Below, one piece after another: positions 1 to 12,609 of a stretch of 64,000 nucleotides of DNA. The translations under genes were made by a program, and so were the position numbers. The notes beneath the pieces were generated by a model. That model ran no database searches, was not told where the DNA came from, and worked only from the letters and a program-made list of their open reading frames with translations. Where the stretch lies: contig NC_068994.1 in NCBI RefSeq assembly GCF_001194135.2, positions 58,081,651 to 58,145,650 on the forward strand. Direction: 5' to 3'. The first letter of the stretch is position 1. Each line of letters opens with the position of its first letter. The stretch is from Octopus bimaculoides (Eukaryota).

Positions 1-192
1 TGGTTGATGCCACATATAGACTGACAGCAATCTGCAGTTTCTGTTAGTATACTCATAGCAATAGGTAAAGGCACAAAGGAACCAAAAATGAAATGTCAGT
101 ATTGGAAATGACTAATACTAATACAAGAATTTTCCAGAAAGTTCTAGACGCTGCCTTTACCACTACCAATGTTTGATGGAATGAGAGTGCTT

Positions 193-393
193 TTACTGTA
201 CAATTGGTTGTTGTTGTTGTTTAGCAAAGGTAAGCTGGTAGAAATGAGGAGGAGGTGAAGTATTGAGAGCTGTACAAGAGGAAATATTTTTCAACAGACA
301 AAAGATTGAAGAAATGCAACACAAAGGAAAAGCAATGGCAACAACAGCACAAACAAGCAGAAGCATAAAGAAAGAGAGAAGTTTATTTTGTAA
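193..393 (-). CDS. Candidate terminal exon with a hydrophobic/TM segment (LQNKLLSFFMLLLVCAVVAIAFPLCCISSIFCLL...IVQ*)
   Basis: Acceptor ctgatttag, 66 codons then TAA. It has about 25-30 apolar residues directly after LQNK, like the recalled JAKMIP2/3 'LEEKFLFLFLFFSLAFILW' tail. Confidence 0.45.
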   Translation of the reverse strand, partial: LQNKLLSFFMLLLVCAVVAIAFPLCCISSIFCLLKNISSCTALNTSPPPHFYQLTFAKQQQQPIVQ

Positions 394-640
394 CTAAATC
401 AGATGGAATCCATCAATGGGTGGCATTGGACAAAATACTGTATTCCATTGTGTGGCATTTGTTGGTTGAGAATTATATGTATGTGTGTGTATGCATGAGA
501 GAGAGAAAACTGATTAGATATGCAAGATGTAAACAAAAGGGGAAAAAAAAAACCCAAACCAGCCCTCAACATATCACTGGTACTTGAAAATACCTCTACC
601 CATGATGTAGTTCAAATCAAATTTTTTTTGTCTACTCTCA

Positions 641-1040
641 TCATCATCATCGTTTAACGTCTGCTTTCCATGCTGGCATGGGTTGGACGATTTGACTGAG
701 GACTGGCAAGCCAGAAGGCTGTACCAGGCTCCATTCTGATCTGGCAGAGTTTCTACAGCTGGATGCCCTTCCCAATGCCAACCACTCCGAGAGTGTAGAG
801 GGTGCTTTTACATGCCACCGGCACGAGGGCCAGTCACACGGTACTGGCAACGGCCATGCTCAAAAAGGTGTTTTTTACGTGCCACCTGCACGGGAGCCAG
901 TCCAGTGGCACTGGCAATGACCTCGCTCGAATGATTTTCTAACGTGCCACCAGCACAAGTGCTAGAAGGCAATGCAGGTAACGATTATGCTCAAATGGTG
1001 CTATTTATGGGCCACCAGCACGGAAGCCAGACAGCTGCTC
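641..1040 (-). mobile_element. SINE family A (RTE-type (ATG)n tail), minus orientation
   Basis: Starts catcatcatcgtttaacgtctgctttccatgctggcatgggttggacg. The same unit recurs many times in the window. Confidence 0.85.
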
Positions 1041-2429
1041 TCATATCTTACGTAAAGTATGAAGAGGAGGGGAATGTTGAGATATGGAAATCTGAGAGAG
1101 AGAATAAATAGACTTTCACAGCAATTTGTATTTGGGGTGAGAGGAGAAATAAAATTTCAGAGGTGTCCTTGTCTAGCCACTAACTTGATTCGGGTCCATG
1201 TGTTGAAACTAAATCAGTTGGAAGACACACATATCAGCCATCCAGTAATACACACAATGACTATTAACTTCACACAGACACAATGGAATCATGTCAGTGA
1301 CCAGGTTGCAGTTGGTGTGATGAAAATGTTGAGACCAAACAATAAATGTTGAAGTGAAGATAACAAGTCTTCTGTGTGGTTTTGAATGGTTAACATGAAT
1401 CTTTCGTAAAGAAATTAAAAGTAAATTGTAATCATTTTTATTCATCATCATCAGTTAACGTCCGCTTTCCATGCTAGCATGGGTCATTTTTGGAAAATTA
1501 AGTTGAAATTTTAAGACTTTTTAAAAAATTTGTTTCTTGGGGGTCAAGGTATAGTGTCAGTTTTAATGATATCACAGTTTTGTTATTTTAATAATAATCT
1601 TAATTATGATTTCTCTACATGGTTCCAAAGGGAACTTCTTGACCATTCCTACAACGCACATGTATATGTGGACACACACATAACTAAATACATATAAATA
1701 CATATATATACATTTATATACCCATAAAACACACACCAAATCAACTAAAATACAATACCAAAAAACAGGTATTGTTCAAAAACAAAACAAAAATTTCAAC
1801 TTTCTTTGTTACAAAAACATTTTGTTTCGTGTTTCAGTCCCAGTTATACAGACAAATACTGACTTGAACCGGGGTCATTATATTACCATATCAAACACCA
1901 CCACTACTACCCACCATAGATTAAGGCACAAAAAACATATATATTTACAGGGAACAGTCAAGTCGACTGAACTAATCCCAGTTAATCACTGGTATATGTG
2001 TGTGTTTGCATGTGTGTCAATACCTCTCCAAAGACTTTATTTCCAGTTTTAGTCATAAAAGAGTAATTCCATCAAACCAAAATAGCAAAAATACAAAGCC
2101 AAAAAAAAAAATGCCTAACAACAAAAAACAAAAACAATGCAAAACAAAAGTCTATAATAAGAAAATACAAACAAAAAAAAGGAAAATTCTTTTGAAAAGC
2201 AATTTCCCTTAATCTTTTATATCTGATTACATTTAAAATATTGATTTGATTAGATAGGATTTTGACTAGAAAAAAAGGCCATTTTTTTTGTGTATAAATA
2301 ATTGTTTTGATTGAAGCTCTCTTCTTCCTAGATTATGACTGGTACTTATTGACCCCCAAAAGACATAAAAGGGCATTGTGGACCCTGACAGGAATTTGAA
2401 CCACAAAAACATGTAGATGTACTCATGAC

Positions 2430-2612
2430 ACAAACCATTATTCATTCATTCATTCTGCCGAAACACTGACATTAGACGGTGTTCATTTATTACTAGTACA
2501 AACTGTTATTCATTCATTCTGTCAACACACAGACATTAGTTGGTGTTCATTTATCACTACGACAAACCATTATTCATTCATTCTGCTGACATTATTCGGT
2601 GTTCATTTATAA
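2430..2612. repeat. Minisatellite, about 3 copies of a roughly 60-bp unit
   Basis: acaaaccattattcattcattctg...gacatta..ggtgttcattta repeated three times. Confidence 0.8.
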
Positions 2613-2638
2613 CTCAATACAAGGCATTCACCCATTAC

Positions 2639-2704
2639 TGACTGTGGTGTTTCAGTTTTCAGTTGATTTCTCAAAACAACTTCTATTAAATGATAAAAGT
2701 GTCT
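2639..2704 (-). CDS. Candidate exon RHFYHLIEVVLRNQLKTETPQS
   Basis: Acceptor atttccctgcag, donor gtaatg, 66 nt, phase 0. An alternative donor gtgaat lies 7 nt further. No homology support. Confidence 0.4.
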
Positions 2705-3303
2705 CTGCAGGGAAATAGAAGAGGACCGGAGAGAGAAATGGGGGGGGGGGAGAGATAAAGAGAAGAAAGAGTAAGGGTGATACAAAGAGCAACTAAGAGA
2801 GAGAGAGAGAGANNNNNNNNNNNNNNNNNNNNNNNNNNNNNNNNNNNNNNNNNNNNNNNNNNNNNNNNNNNNNNNNNNNNNNNNNNNNNNNNNNNNNNNN
2901 NNNNNNNNNNNNNNNNNNNNNNNNNNNNNNNNNNNNNNNNNNNNNNNNNNNNNNNNNNNNNNNNNNNNNNNNNNNNNNNNNNNNNNNNNNNNNNNNNNNN
3001 NNNNNNNNNNNNNNNNNNNNNNNNNNNNNNNNNNNNNNNNNNNNNNNNNNNNNNNNNNNNNNNNNNNNNNNNNNNNNNNNNNNNNNNNNNNNNNNNNNNN
3101 NNNNNNNNNNNNNNNNNNNNNNNNNNNNNAAAAAAAAGGAAAAATATCTGGGCATCTGTTTTATCACACACACACACACACACACACACAGTGTAAACAA
3201 TATCGTTAAATGCAGCTTATATTTTCATGTAGAAACATAAGCACTCAATATGCCCTTGGAACGAGTCTTCTACAATGTTGTATGTGTCTCTGTATGTATG
3301 TAT

Positions 3304-3349
<46 letters not shown>

Positions 3350-3820
3350 CACACACACACTGTCTGTATTCACGTCTGACTGCTGTTCTATCCGGGAATC
3401 CAGAATATTCAGAAGACCTTTGTCTCAATGACAAATAATCTGCTGAAACCATTATACAGAAATAACTACAAGAACCGTGTGTGTGTGTGTCTGTGTGTGT
3501 ATATACATGGTTAGTGAATGTGTGTGGATGCTTTTATAAGTTTTTTTTATAAAAAGATGTTTTTATTTATAGAATAAATTTAAAAAAAAAACAAAACAAA
3601 ATTAACCAAAGCAACATGCTTCACCCACAGTCTATGGTGGTCCGTGTGTGTGTGTGTGTGTGTGTGTATACACACACATACACACAGACACTCAAACATG
3701 CAGACATGTATGTATAAAACAAACTAATGGCAGCTGAGTCCAAAAACGAGGGTGTAGAAAAATGGAAATGGCCAACAGATAAAAAAAAAAGCCCACTAGA
3801 CATGCTGATGGTGTCAGAGG

Positions 3821-4492
3821 TCAAGTAGAGACGAGGGAGGGGATAACATCACTGAGTTGGGGGGTACCAACCTGTTGTTTTGATTGGTCATTTGTGTTGG
3901 CTGTTTGTGGCATGTGTTGCTGTTGTTGTTGGCTAACGGTTGCCGCCGCTGCCGAGGGTAGAGTTGACTCAGCTTCAATTAAATGTTTGTCAGTGACGTC
4001 ATCATTGTCAACGAAAATTACCTCAGGTTCATCAAGGAGCGTCGGTGGCTGGTCAGGAGGAGGGGTTTTCGGCAAAGGTGGCTTCCATTCATCATCATCT
4101 GTGCTTGTTTTGGTTTCATCTGCTGCTGTTGCCGTATTTGGTGCCGTGCACGGCAGTGCAGCAGCAGCAGTATTTGAAACGGAATCGGTGCCGGCCTGCA
4201 CCTGTTCCACCTGTTCCACCTCACTACTTGGCTCTTTGTCTCCGTCTTCATCTTCAGAAGACAGCCACATTTCGACTTCGATTTCTTCAAATTCCTTTTG
4301 TTCATTGCTCATTGAAGGATTCAATTGGTCTTTCGGTGCCCTCTTCTTCACCTTTCCTTTATCCAATCGTTGTTTAAGGATCTGGGCCACCACCACCAAG
4401 TCTTCCGACGAGAGATTGTTAATTAGCTCTTTAATTACTTTCTTTCGATCAGATTTAGATGCTATGCTGAATAGACAGGGAGTTTTTGAACA
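3821..4492 (-). CDS. Large 3' exon (CSKTPCLFSIASKSDRKKVIKELINNLSSEDLVVVAQILKQ...SLVST*). It ends at the stop at 3821 or at an internal donor after 3872.
   Basis: Poly-T acceptor ttttttattccag in phase 0, open through ORF 3821-4399. The distal part is acidic and Ala/Thr/Pro/Gln-rich. Confidence 0.8.
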   Translation of the reverse strand, partial: CSKTPCLFSIASKSDRKKVIKELINNLSSEDLVVVAQILKQRLDKGKVKKRAPKDQLNPSMSNEQKEFEEIEVEMWLSSEDEDGDKEPSSEVEQVEQVQAGTDSVSNTAAAALPCTAPNTATAADETKTSTDDDEWKPPLPKTPPPDQPPTLLDEPEVIFVDNDDVTDKHLIEAESTLPSAAAATVSQQQQQHMPQTANTNDQSKQQVGTPQLSDVIPSLVST

Positions 4493-5384
4493 CTGGAATA
4501 AAAAAAAAAAGAAAAAAAAAGGGGGTTAGACATGTGAGAGAGAGAGTTTATCCAGCTTGAATTTAGATGTATACATTTTCAGATACACCTGGCCTTGGCA
4601 TTCACAATTCATCAACTAGACACAACGTATATACTCACTATCGTAGCTAGAGTATGTGCTGCCTGGCCCTTCCCTGGACCCCACAAAAAACACATATTGC
4701 TTACAGCAGACCCAACTGTGTCACCCTTTTAAAAGTGCCCCTCTCTAACTACACTAGTTCATGTACTCATAACTTTCTCTTTTGTTTGTAATATCAAACC
4801 ACGTGGGGGGTAGGTGAGGGAGGGGCTGAATCGTTAAGGTGGATTTGCATGGAAAATGACACACGTGGAGACAGGTGCATAGATTGGAATGTGGTTTGTA
4901 TTTTTTTCCTAGCCCCCATAGTTACCAAGAAAATCAATTAAAACTTTTTCTGCCACTAAAACAACCACTTGCTTACACAACTGGCATATACCATTTCACT
5001 AGCAACAAGGGGAGTACAGGATGACAGTCAGCCAAAACTGTCGGCTGTCTCTCTTCTTTCACCTCTTTCTGGGGTTAATAATCTTCATCTTTAGCTACAG
5101 TTTCTCATTCAAACTACATAATAGGCAGAATTGTTGGATTAAGACAGTAGGGTGTTTTGAGGGAGATTTGGCTGCTATTTCTACCAAGTCTAGCTACCAT
5201 GTAGAGGTCTGAACTTAATTTTCATTCACATTTCAAAAATGTAACAATCTTTTCCATAAATCAACTATCGTAAAAATTTTATACAATTACCTAAATGATA
5301 AGGTTGAGAAATGCTGTTATAGATTATGCCTAACCGAAAATGATCCCAGCCACATCATCCAAACAGACCGGGCTTAGCTGCTAG

Positions 5385-5419
<35 letters not shown>

Positions 5420-5642
5420 TTGACATGGGTGATTCTTTATTGTCTAGGGATTCATGGTCAAACGGCTGGGTGGAATTGTGCGAAAAATTACTCTTGGAGT
5501 GGTTGGTGTTAGGAAGGGCATCCAGCTGTAGAAACACTGCAAGATCAGATTGGGGCCTGGTGCAGTCTCCTGACTTCCCAGACCCCAGTCGAACCATCCA
5601 ACCCATGCCAGTATGGAAAACGGACGTTAAACGATGATGATG
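5420..5642 (+). mobile_element. SINE family A copy
   Basis: Contains ggaagggcatccagctgtagaaac...ccaacccatgccagtatggaaaacggacgttaaacgatgatgatg. Confidence 0.85.
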
Positions 5643-5693
5643 ACAATTACCATTATTATTATTATTGAAAGGTACTAAAGATTAATGACTTAC

Positions 5694-5767
5694 CAACCCC
5701 TTCGCCTCCTTGCCTGCACCTAATTGCTCCGTTTTCACCTGAGAAACTTCTTTGCCAGCATCAGTAC
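5694..5767 (-). CDS. 74-nt exon (G)TDAGKEVSQVKTEQLGAGKEAKGL, phase 1 to 0
   Basis: Acceptor ctcttctttcag, donor gtaagt. Only the phase-1 reading gives an open frame that continues into the next exon. Confidence 0.8.
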
Positions 5768-7509
5768 CTGAAAGAAGAGAGGAACGTGAAGAAAATCAGA
5801 GAATCATTCCAAACGATGGGAAACAGCATCAACAATTGAATGAATTACTAACATAATGTCCAATTTGACAAAGTGAGGGTTTTAACTGATGTGGTCAAGG
5901 ACAAAAGCTTGATATTTATGACATTATTTGAGGGCCGTTGTGTTCCAGTGTCCCTGATAAATAAAATTATTTACTTTTAATGGTAATAACGAGGAAGCTG
6001 CAGTGTAGGTGTTTGTCCTTCTAGAAATAGCAACCAAATCTCTCTCATATCACACACACCATTTAAAGGAAAAGGAAAGATGCATAAGATAATGCAATCC
6101 TAGGTAAACTATGGTGTTTCAAAGGAAAGATAAGACATAGTCACTGGCTGGAATGCTTTTCATTGTAAGTCAAGCCACGAGTAGGACTGAACTTGCAGCG
6201 GAAGCAAAAACCAAAGACCTTCAAAGCAAATTTTTCTGATATTCAAGGTTCAAAATGCAATATGTCATTTGCTGAAAAGCTGTAGTGTGGTGTTTAATGA
6301 AGAAAAGTAACATTTTTCTCTGGATCAGAGTCCTGTACATTCACAGGTAATACTGCTAAATGCTATTGTAGCCATTAATGTCTCCTGGCAAAACTGCCTG
6401 TCTGTAGCCCTCATCCATTTCACTTTTTTTGGATGGGTTACTTCCTATCCAAGATCATACCATTGTGGTATGTTGACTCATACTCTGGTGTACCCCAAGG
6501 TTATTTTCTCCCCTGCCACTCTTCCTCTAATACGTAAACAACCCAACCGCCGTCGCTGTGGCGTAAATACAATAACCCAGTGATTACCCCCATTAACCCA
6601 CAAAGATATCGTAGCCCAGTGCTTCCCAACCGTTTCACTACCAAGGACCCCTTTTATTTAAATGAGTTTTCCCACAGACCCCAGGATACTGAAAGGTCTG
6701 TTAGCTTAACATGTTCATAGTCCCCCAGTACTGCCCTTGCAGACCCCCAGGGGTCCACAGACCACTGGTGTAGGATATAATTTAACCTACAATTCAGATC
6801 TTATTTGTTTACAATGGAAAAATTAAACAGAATTGATTTTAATGTGTCAGGTTTAACCTACTTTGGATAAATATTTGCCGATTCAAACTAATATGTAAAC
6901 TGCTACGTCAGCAGTTCTCAACTGTGACTCCCAGGGCCACATGTGGCCCTCAAGCATCCTTTCAATGCCCCCCCCCCGATGGTCTTCCCTCCATAAATAT
7001 AATAAATTTTTCTTTAATTGACTTGCATTTTACTTTATTTGGTGCAACCCACTGAAAAAACCCAGATTTGGGATTTGGTTCAGATATTCAACAGGTTGAG
7101 AGCCACGGTTCTATGCAGTCACTTGCAGACCTGCTAGAAATAGCAGCTATATCTCTCGTACACTATTCATGGGGCAAAAAAAAAAAAGTGTGTTGGGGCA
7201 TTGCATTAAACAAGGACCACGTCTCTATAGAAATACTAGGTGCAGTGTAGCAGAAAAAGACACAAAATTAAACAGATAAAGGGTAGAAAGACCACCAGAC
7301 AAGAATTTCATTATTTATATAAAGCTGGACAGACATGAGATAGGAGATGGAGGCTAAATGGAATCAGAAAATCCAACTGTGTGGATCACATCTAGCTGTT
7401 TGGTCAAGTGTTGAGGTTAACATGACCAGGTAGATGTGTCCAACAACAACAATACTAACTCAAATAGTCATACACACGCACAAACAATGATAAAGTACAA
7501 GAAACTTAC

Positions 7510-7555
7510 CAGTTCCGTCTGGGGGAGTGGTCGAGTTCAAACCTTGTGATAAAGT
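7510..7555 (-). CDS. 46-nt exon TLSQGLNSTTPPDGT(G), phase 0 to 1
   Basis: Acceptor tttctcttcag, donor gtaagt. The frame is restored by the next exon. Confidence 0.8.
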
Positions 7556-7609
7556 CTGAAGAGAAATATAAAAAAAAAAAAACATATGTATGAATTTGTG
7601 AATATATAC

Positions 7610-7998
7610 GGCATGGCTGTGTGGTAAGAAACTTGCTTCCCAATCACATGACTCTAGGTTCAGTCCCACTGCATGGCACCTTGGGCAAGTGGCTTCTGCT
7701 ATAGCATTGGACCAACTAAAGCTTTTTAAGTGGATTTGGTGGACGGAAACTGAAAGAAGCCCGTCGTATGTATGTATATCACCACCATCATCATCATCCT
7801 CCTTAAACGTCTGTAGTCCATGCTGGCATGGGTCGGACGGTTTGACCAGAGCTGATAAGCAGAAGAGCGCTACACCAGGCTCCAACTGTCTGATTTGGCC
7901 TGGTTTCTATTGGCTGGATGCCCTTCCTTACACCAAACACTTTACAGAGTGTATAGGGTGCTTTTAACATGGCACTAGCATATATATATGTGCATGTG

Positions 7999-8050
<52 letters not shown>

Positions 8051-8250
8051 AGTGTGTGTGTGTGTGTGTGTGCCCCATCACAGCTTGACAACTGGCATTG
8101 GTATGTTTATGTCCCCATCAGTTAGTGGTTCAGCAAAAGAGACTGATAGAATAAATACCAGGTTTAAAAAAAAAACAAGTACAGGCATTGATTCATTTGG
8201 CTAAAAGTTCTTCAAGGCAGTGCCCCAGCATGGCCGCTGTCTAATGACCG
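7610..8250. mobile_element. Nested SINE cluster: tRNA-head family C (+), family A (-), (TG)n, family D (+)
   Basis: Recognisable units include ggctgtgtggtaagaaacttgcttccc...ggttcagtcccactg, catcatcctccttaaacgtc and ccccagcatggccgctgtctaatgac. Confidence 0.75.
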
Positions 8251-8449
8251 AAAAATAAAAAAATAAAAATACACACACACACACACACACATGTATGTAA
8301 ACCTTTACAATTGAGTCTTGTCTGCCTGGTTTTACATAACTGAATGATGAGTATATTTGATATAAAACATGCAGATGCCATTCTCTGGCAACAGATGTAG
8401 GAACAACAGCTGGTAATTACAGGAATATCTGCCCACAATGAAGCTAATG

Positions 8450-8481
<32 letters not shown>

Positions 8482-8759
8482 AAGAAAGAGAGAGAGAGAT
8501 GTAAGGTAAAGGAAAATAGAGAGATGTATACATGGAGAAAGGTGTGTTTATATGTACATATGTGTGATCCTTGTTTTGGCGTCCACTTTGCCATGCTTGC
8601 ATGGGTCAGAAGGAATTTGTAGAGGCAGGTTTTCTACAGTTGGGTGCCCTTCCAGTTACCTAGCCTTATCTATTTCCAAATAAGGTAATATTTCACCAAG
8701 GCCAGACATGTTTTTCATAGAAGACTGTAATATTTGTTTACATTCATCATATGAATTGA

Positions 8760-8803
<44 letters not shown>

Positions 8804-8829
8804 AAGAGAGAGAGAGTTAATTGACTCAC

Positions 8830-8904
8830 CTGAAGTTGCTTGGCATAAATCAGAAGTTGATCATTCGAAATTCCAGCTTGATTCTCATCACTGCATATAA
8901 TATC
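8830..8904 (-). CDS. JAKMIP: Exon DIICSDENQAGISNDQLLIYAKQLQ
   Basis: Acceptor ttttcctttccag, donor gtgagt, 75 nt, phase 0. It loosely resembles the recalled JAKMIP 'DILGDNGNLRNEEQVAIIQ'. Confidence 0.85.
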
Positions 8905-9085
8905 CTGGAAAGGAAAATGGGGTGATTAGTGGAAATAGTGACAGGTAATTAGTTGAGGTGCGTGGTTGGGTGGAGTGAGAAGTTGAAGTGGGGAGTGGAG
9001 CAATTAGCAAAGCCAGGGGTGATTAGCATTTTACCTTTTTTTTGGTACAGCCAATTGAAAAAAATCCATCTGGCCTGGACCTTAA

Positions 9086-9308
9086 CCCTTTTGTTACTGT
9101 ATTTATTTTGAAATGCTCTGTTTTACTCTCAATTATTTAAAATATATCAAAGAATTTAGTAAAATAATTTTGTTATCATTAAGCTAGTGTTAGGAACATA
9201 AATTGTGACTAAGGTGTTTGGTGGAAGAATTTAATTCAAAACTTTTGAAGACAAGACATTTGTATTACAGAGCCAGAGGTGGTTTCAGCTGGGTTGGTAA
9301 CAAAAGGG
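9086..9308. mobile_element. piggyBac-type MITE (223 bp)
   Basis: TTAA on both sides (9082-9085, 9309-9312) and perfect 12-bp TIRs CCCTTTTGTTAC/GTAACAAAAGGG. Confidence 0.85.
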
Positions 9309-9399
9309 TTAAAATGGTTGAGAACCCCTGGTTTAAACTCATTTGACTCAAAAAGAATTTAGACTAACACTCAAGGCTGGAGTGCCGAGTGAGACTTAC

Positions 9400-9684
9400 C
9401 CTTCCTTTCTGAAGGATCTGTAGCAGGAGTTCAAGCTGGTGTGGGAATTCCTTAACATTGGGCAAGTTCGCCTCAATGTCCGTGAGTATAGCCACCTTTG
9501 CCTTCCATACTTCGTACTCAGAGTGAGGCATCTCTACAGGTGCCATCGTGCTGTCATTAGCATCTTTTTGCTGCTGTTGCTGTTGTTGCTGTTGTTCAGT
9601 GACGTTGTCGATCAAGAGATCAGCTGTATCGACCCCTTGAGAGACTTTCTCACCGGCGAGGGTAGTATGCGTATTAATGGGAAC
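9400..9684 (-). CDS. Exon with a Q9 tract (VPINTHTT...TEQQQQQQQQQKD...LLQILQKGR, 95 aa)
   Basis: Acceptor gttttttttag, donor gtaagt, 285 nt, phase 0. Confidence 0.87.
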
Positions 9685-10084
9685 CTAAAAAAACGGAAAC
9701 AGTAAAATCACCACCATCACCAAAGCTGGTCAAAAGCGTCTCTTTAGTGACACTTGCACACACACACACACAAGCAAAACCACACAGACACAGACATCAC
9801 ATATATAAGACTATACACAGACAAGTCACTTCACATTATTTCATAGGGTACCTGGGTCATGTCTGCTCTGATAATTGGCAGAGACTTGGTCAGGGAATCC
9901 TCTGTGACGGTCGACAATCGATGGCAAGATGAGCTGCTATGGATCACATTATCCCCAAATATGTATACATGTGACTGAGGGCCACATGTGAACTTGTATT
10001 CCCACCGAAACTCTGAACATGAACATGTGGCTGGAGCTTGTTGAACTCACCCCAGTTGAATGTTGTCACAACTACAGGTATTAT

Positions 10085-10118
10085 TATAATGATGATGATG
10101 ATGATAATTATAAAAATG

Positions 10119-10152
<34 letters not shown>

Positions 10153-10243
10153 TGATGATAATAATGATGATGATAATAATGATGATGATAATAATAATGG
10201 TAATAATAACAATAATAATAATAATGATAATAATAATAATATA
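10085..10243. repeat. Compound (AAT/GAT)n microsatellite directly behind the giant-exon donor
   Basis: Visible in the sequence. It explains the poly-L/S tail of ORF 10108-12315. Confidence 0.95.
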
Positions 10244-10248
10244 ATTAC

Positions 10249-12339
10249 CTTACAGTTGCATTGCTGTTGGAATGTCTTGACTTCTGTGAGAACAGTCTTT
10301 CGTACTTCTTTGTCTCGGAATACTACTGTTCCACATTGTACTCTGTTTACAAAGTCAGAGAAATCTCGCTCAAATTGTTCAATTTTCTGTGATTTTGTTC
10401 TCAGGTCTGTCTTTAAAGTGCCACAAAAATCTATGAGTTGCTCTCGATTCATATCCACAAGTTCAGATTCTAATTCTTTACTGAGCTCTTCTGTACTCTT
10501 GGATGCTTGTTCTGCGATTGGACCTTGTTTATTATCTTGGAACTCACTGGAAGCCTGATTACTGCCAATGTCTTTGAGGCTGGCTTCAAGGGAATTGATG
10601 AGGCCAAGGTATTTGTTTTCTGTACTATGGAAAGGTAAGCTGTTTGTATTTGCTGAGGAATGATTACTATCAGATGATGATAGAGAGGAATGTTCCAGAA
10701 TGTCATGGTCTGCTGAATTTTGGTTGGGATCTGTAGAATCCACTGGAATGGTCTGATTTTGGGTGAGAGATTGGAGTTTTTCAGCAAGCAAATTTTTATC
10801 ACGAGTAACTTCCTCCAATTTCTTTTCCAACTCCATCTTTGAATGTTCATGGTCTGCATATGCATCCTTAATTGCTTCCAAACGCAACCTGAAAGATTGT
10901 AGTTGTTCTCGAAGAGAACCATTAAGTTCTTCTTCAGCCTGGAGTCTGCCCTTTATTTCTGCTTCTAGTTTCAGTAAACTTCCAACTTTTTCTCGCTCCT
11001 CTTTCAATTCACTTTGGCTTTCTTTCTTATCACCATGTACCTTCTGAAGTTCCTCTTTTAGACTTTCACAACTGTCTTCAAGTTCCACTACCTTCTCCAT
11101 GAGTCGTTCTTCATTGCTCTCCAGCTGTACCATCTTCTCTGCCGTTTCTTTCCACTGAGATTCAGCTTCTCGCAACCGACTTGCTTCGGCAAGAAGGTCA
11201 GAGTTCTCCTTCTCGAGTTCACACAATCGTTCGTAATTTGAAGAGACTGTTGAAGAGACTTTAGAAAGGGTTCCATTCTGAGAACCGTCAACTTTGATTC
11301 TGAGTTCTTGATTTTCGGTTTCAAGTTCTTGAATTCTCACAAACAGTGAGGATGTCGGAACTTCTTGCTTATTGTTTTGAGAAACCAAAGAATGTTCATT
11401 GTGCAAAGTATCCTTTCCCTTTTCTGTGGATAGAATTTGGCCTAAATGACCGGATTCTTTTTCTAACAACTTATCAACTTGGTCTTTCAAAGAGTTGTTC
11501 TCATTCCTCAACTGTTCAGTCAACTTTTTCTCTCTCAAACTCATCTCTTCATTTTTCTGGTAACTCAAAACCAATTCATCTTTCAGAGCATTGATTATCT
11601 GCAGTGAATGACTCTCAGGGTCAGCTACTGTATCTATGGCATTCAACAAATTCTCCTGTGAATAACTGAGCTCTTTGATACGCTCTTCATATTTAAGCAT
11701 TTTTTCTACAGAGAAATCAGAGTTTTCACAGAGTTTCAATTTTGCAAGCAGTTCCCGCTCTCTCTCTTCCATTTCTGCAACAGTCTCACTCAGTTTCTGC
11801 TCAGTACTGTACAGCTTCTCCAAATGGTCTTCCAGTTCGGCAATCTTGCTATTTTTAGCTTCTGTAACCTCTTGAAACTTTTCCTCCAGGTTCTTATATT
11901 CTGTTTCCAAATCAAGGCTCACTGTAGATTCTTTGGAATCTGGAGGGTTTTGGCTGAATGACAGTTCTGATGCCAAGGAAACCCCAGTCATAAATTCTTC
12001 TTCTCCTTCCTGAAGTTTCTTCTCCAGTTCCCTATTTAACGATTCCAACATATTCACTTTCTCTTGCAGACCCTCAATTTTGTTGGCATCAGCTTCAACA
12101 ATTTGGTTCCAGTGTTCTCTCGTTTCGCACTCACTATCTTCAAGTTCCACAACCCTACTCTTTAGCAATTTGTTACTTTTTTCTAGGTCCTTGATTTTCT
12201 TCTTCAGGGTTTTCAGCAACTCACTTTGGTCAGAGAGGTCATCCTTATTGCGCAGGCTTTCTCGCAAGTGGTTCTCATCCTCTTGTAATTCTACAAGCTT
12301 CCGAGAGTTTCTCATCTCAGCTTCTTCAAGTGCTTTGAT
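10249..12339 (-). CDS. 2,091-nt giant coiled-coil exon (IKALEEAEMRN...QQQCNCK, 697 aa)
   Basis: Acceptor tactttttcag, donor gtaatt, phase 0. It is E/K/L-rich and lies within ORF 10108-12315. Confidence 0.92.
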
Positions 12340-12571
12340 CTGAAAAAGTACAAGTACTCATGTTGATGATGATGATAATAATAATAACAACAACATACAG
12401 AAAATAGCACTTCTAGGCACTGCGCACATCTTATGTAAAGCACTTTCAATACAATAAAAATAAGAGTATCAAAACAAACCACAGCACATACTGAAGGCAC
12501 ACAGAGCTGCACTTGGTAGTGCAGTGAAAGCATATGATAAAAAAATACGACTACTGAATAATAACAACAAC

Positions 12572-12606
<35 letters not shown>

Positions 12607-12609
12607 CAA

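Noticed and set aside
10763-12343. Plus-strand ORFs antisense to the giant exon (also 3894-4529 and 16270-16692)
   Set aside because: These are shadows of E/K/Q-rich codons on the coding strand.
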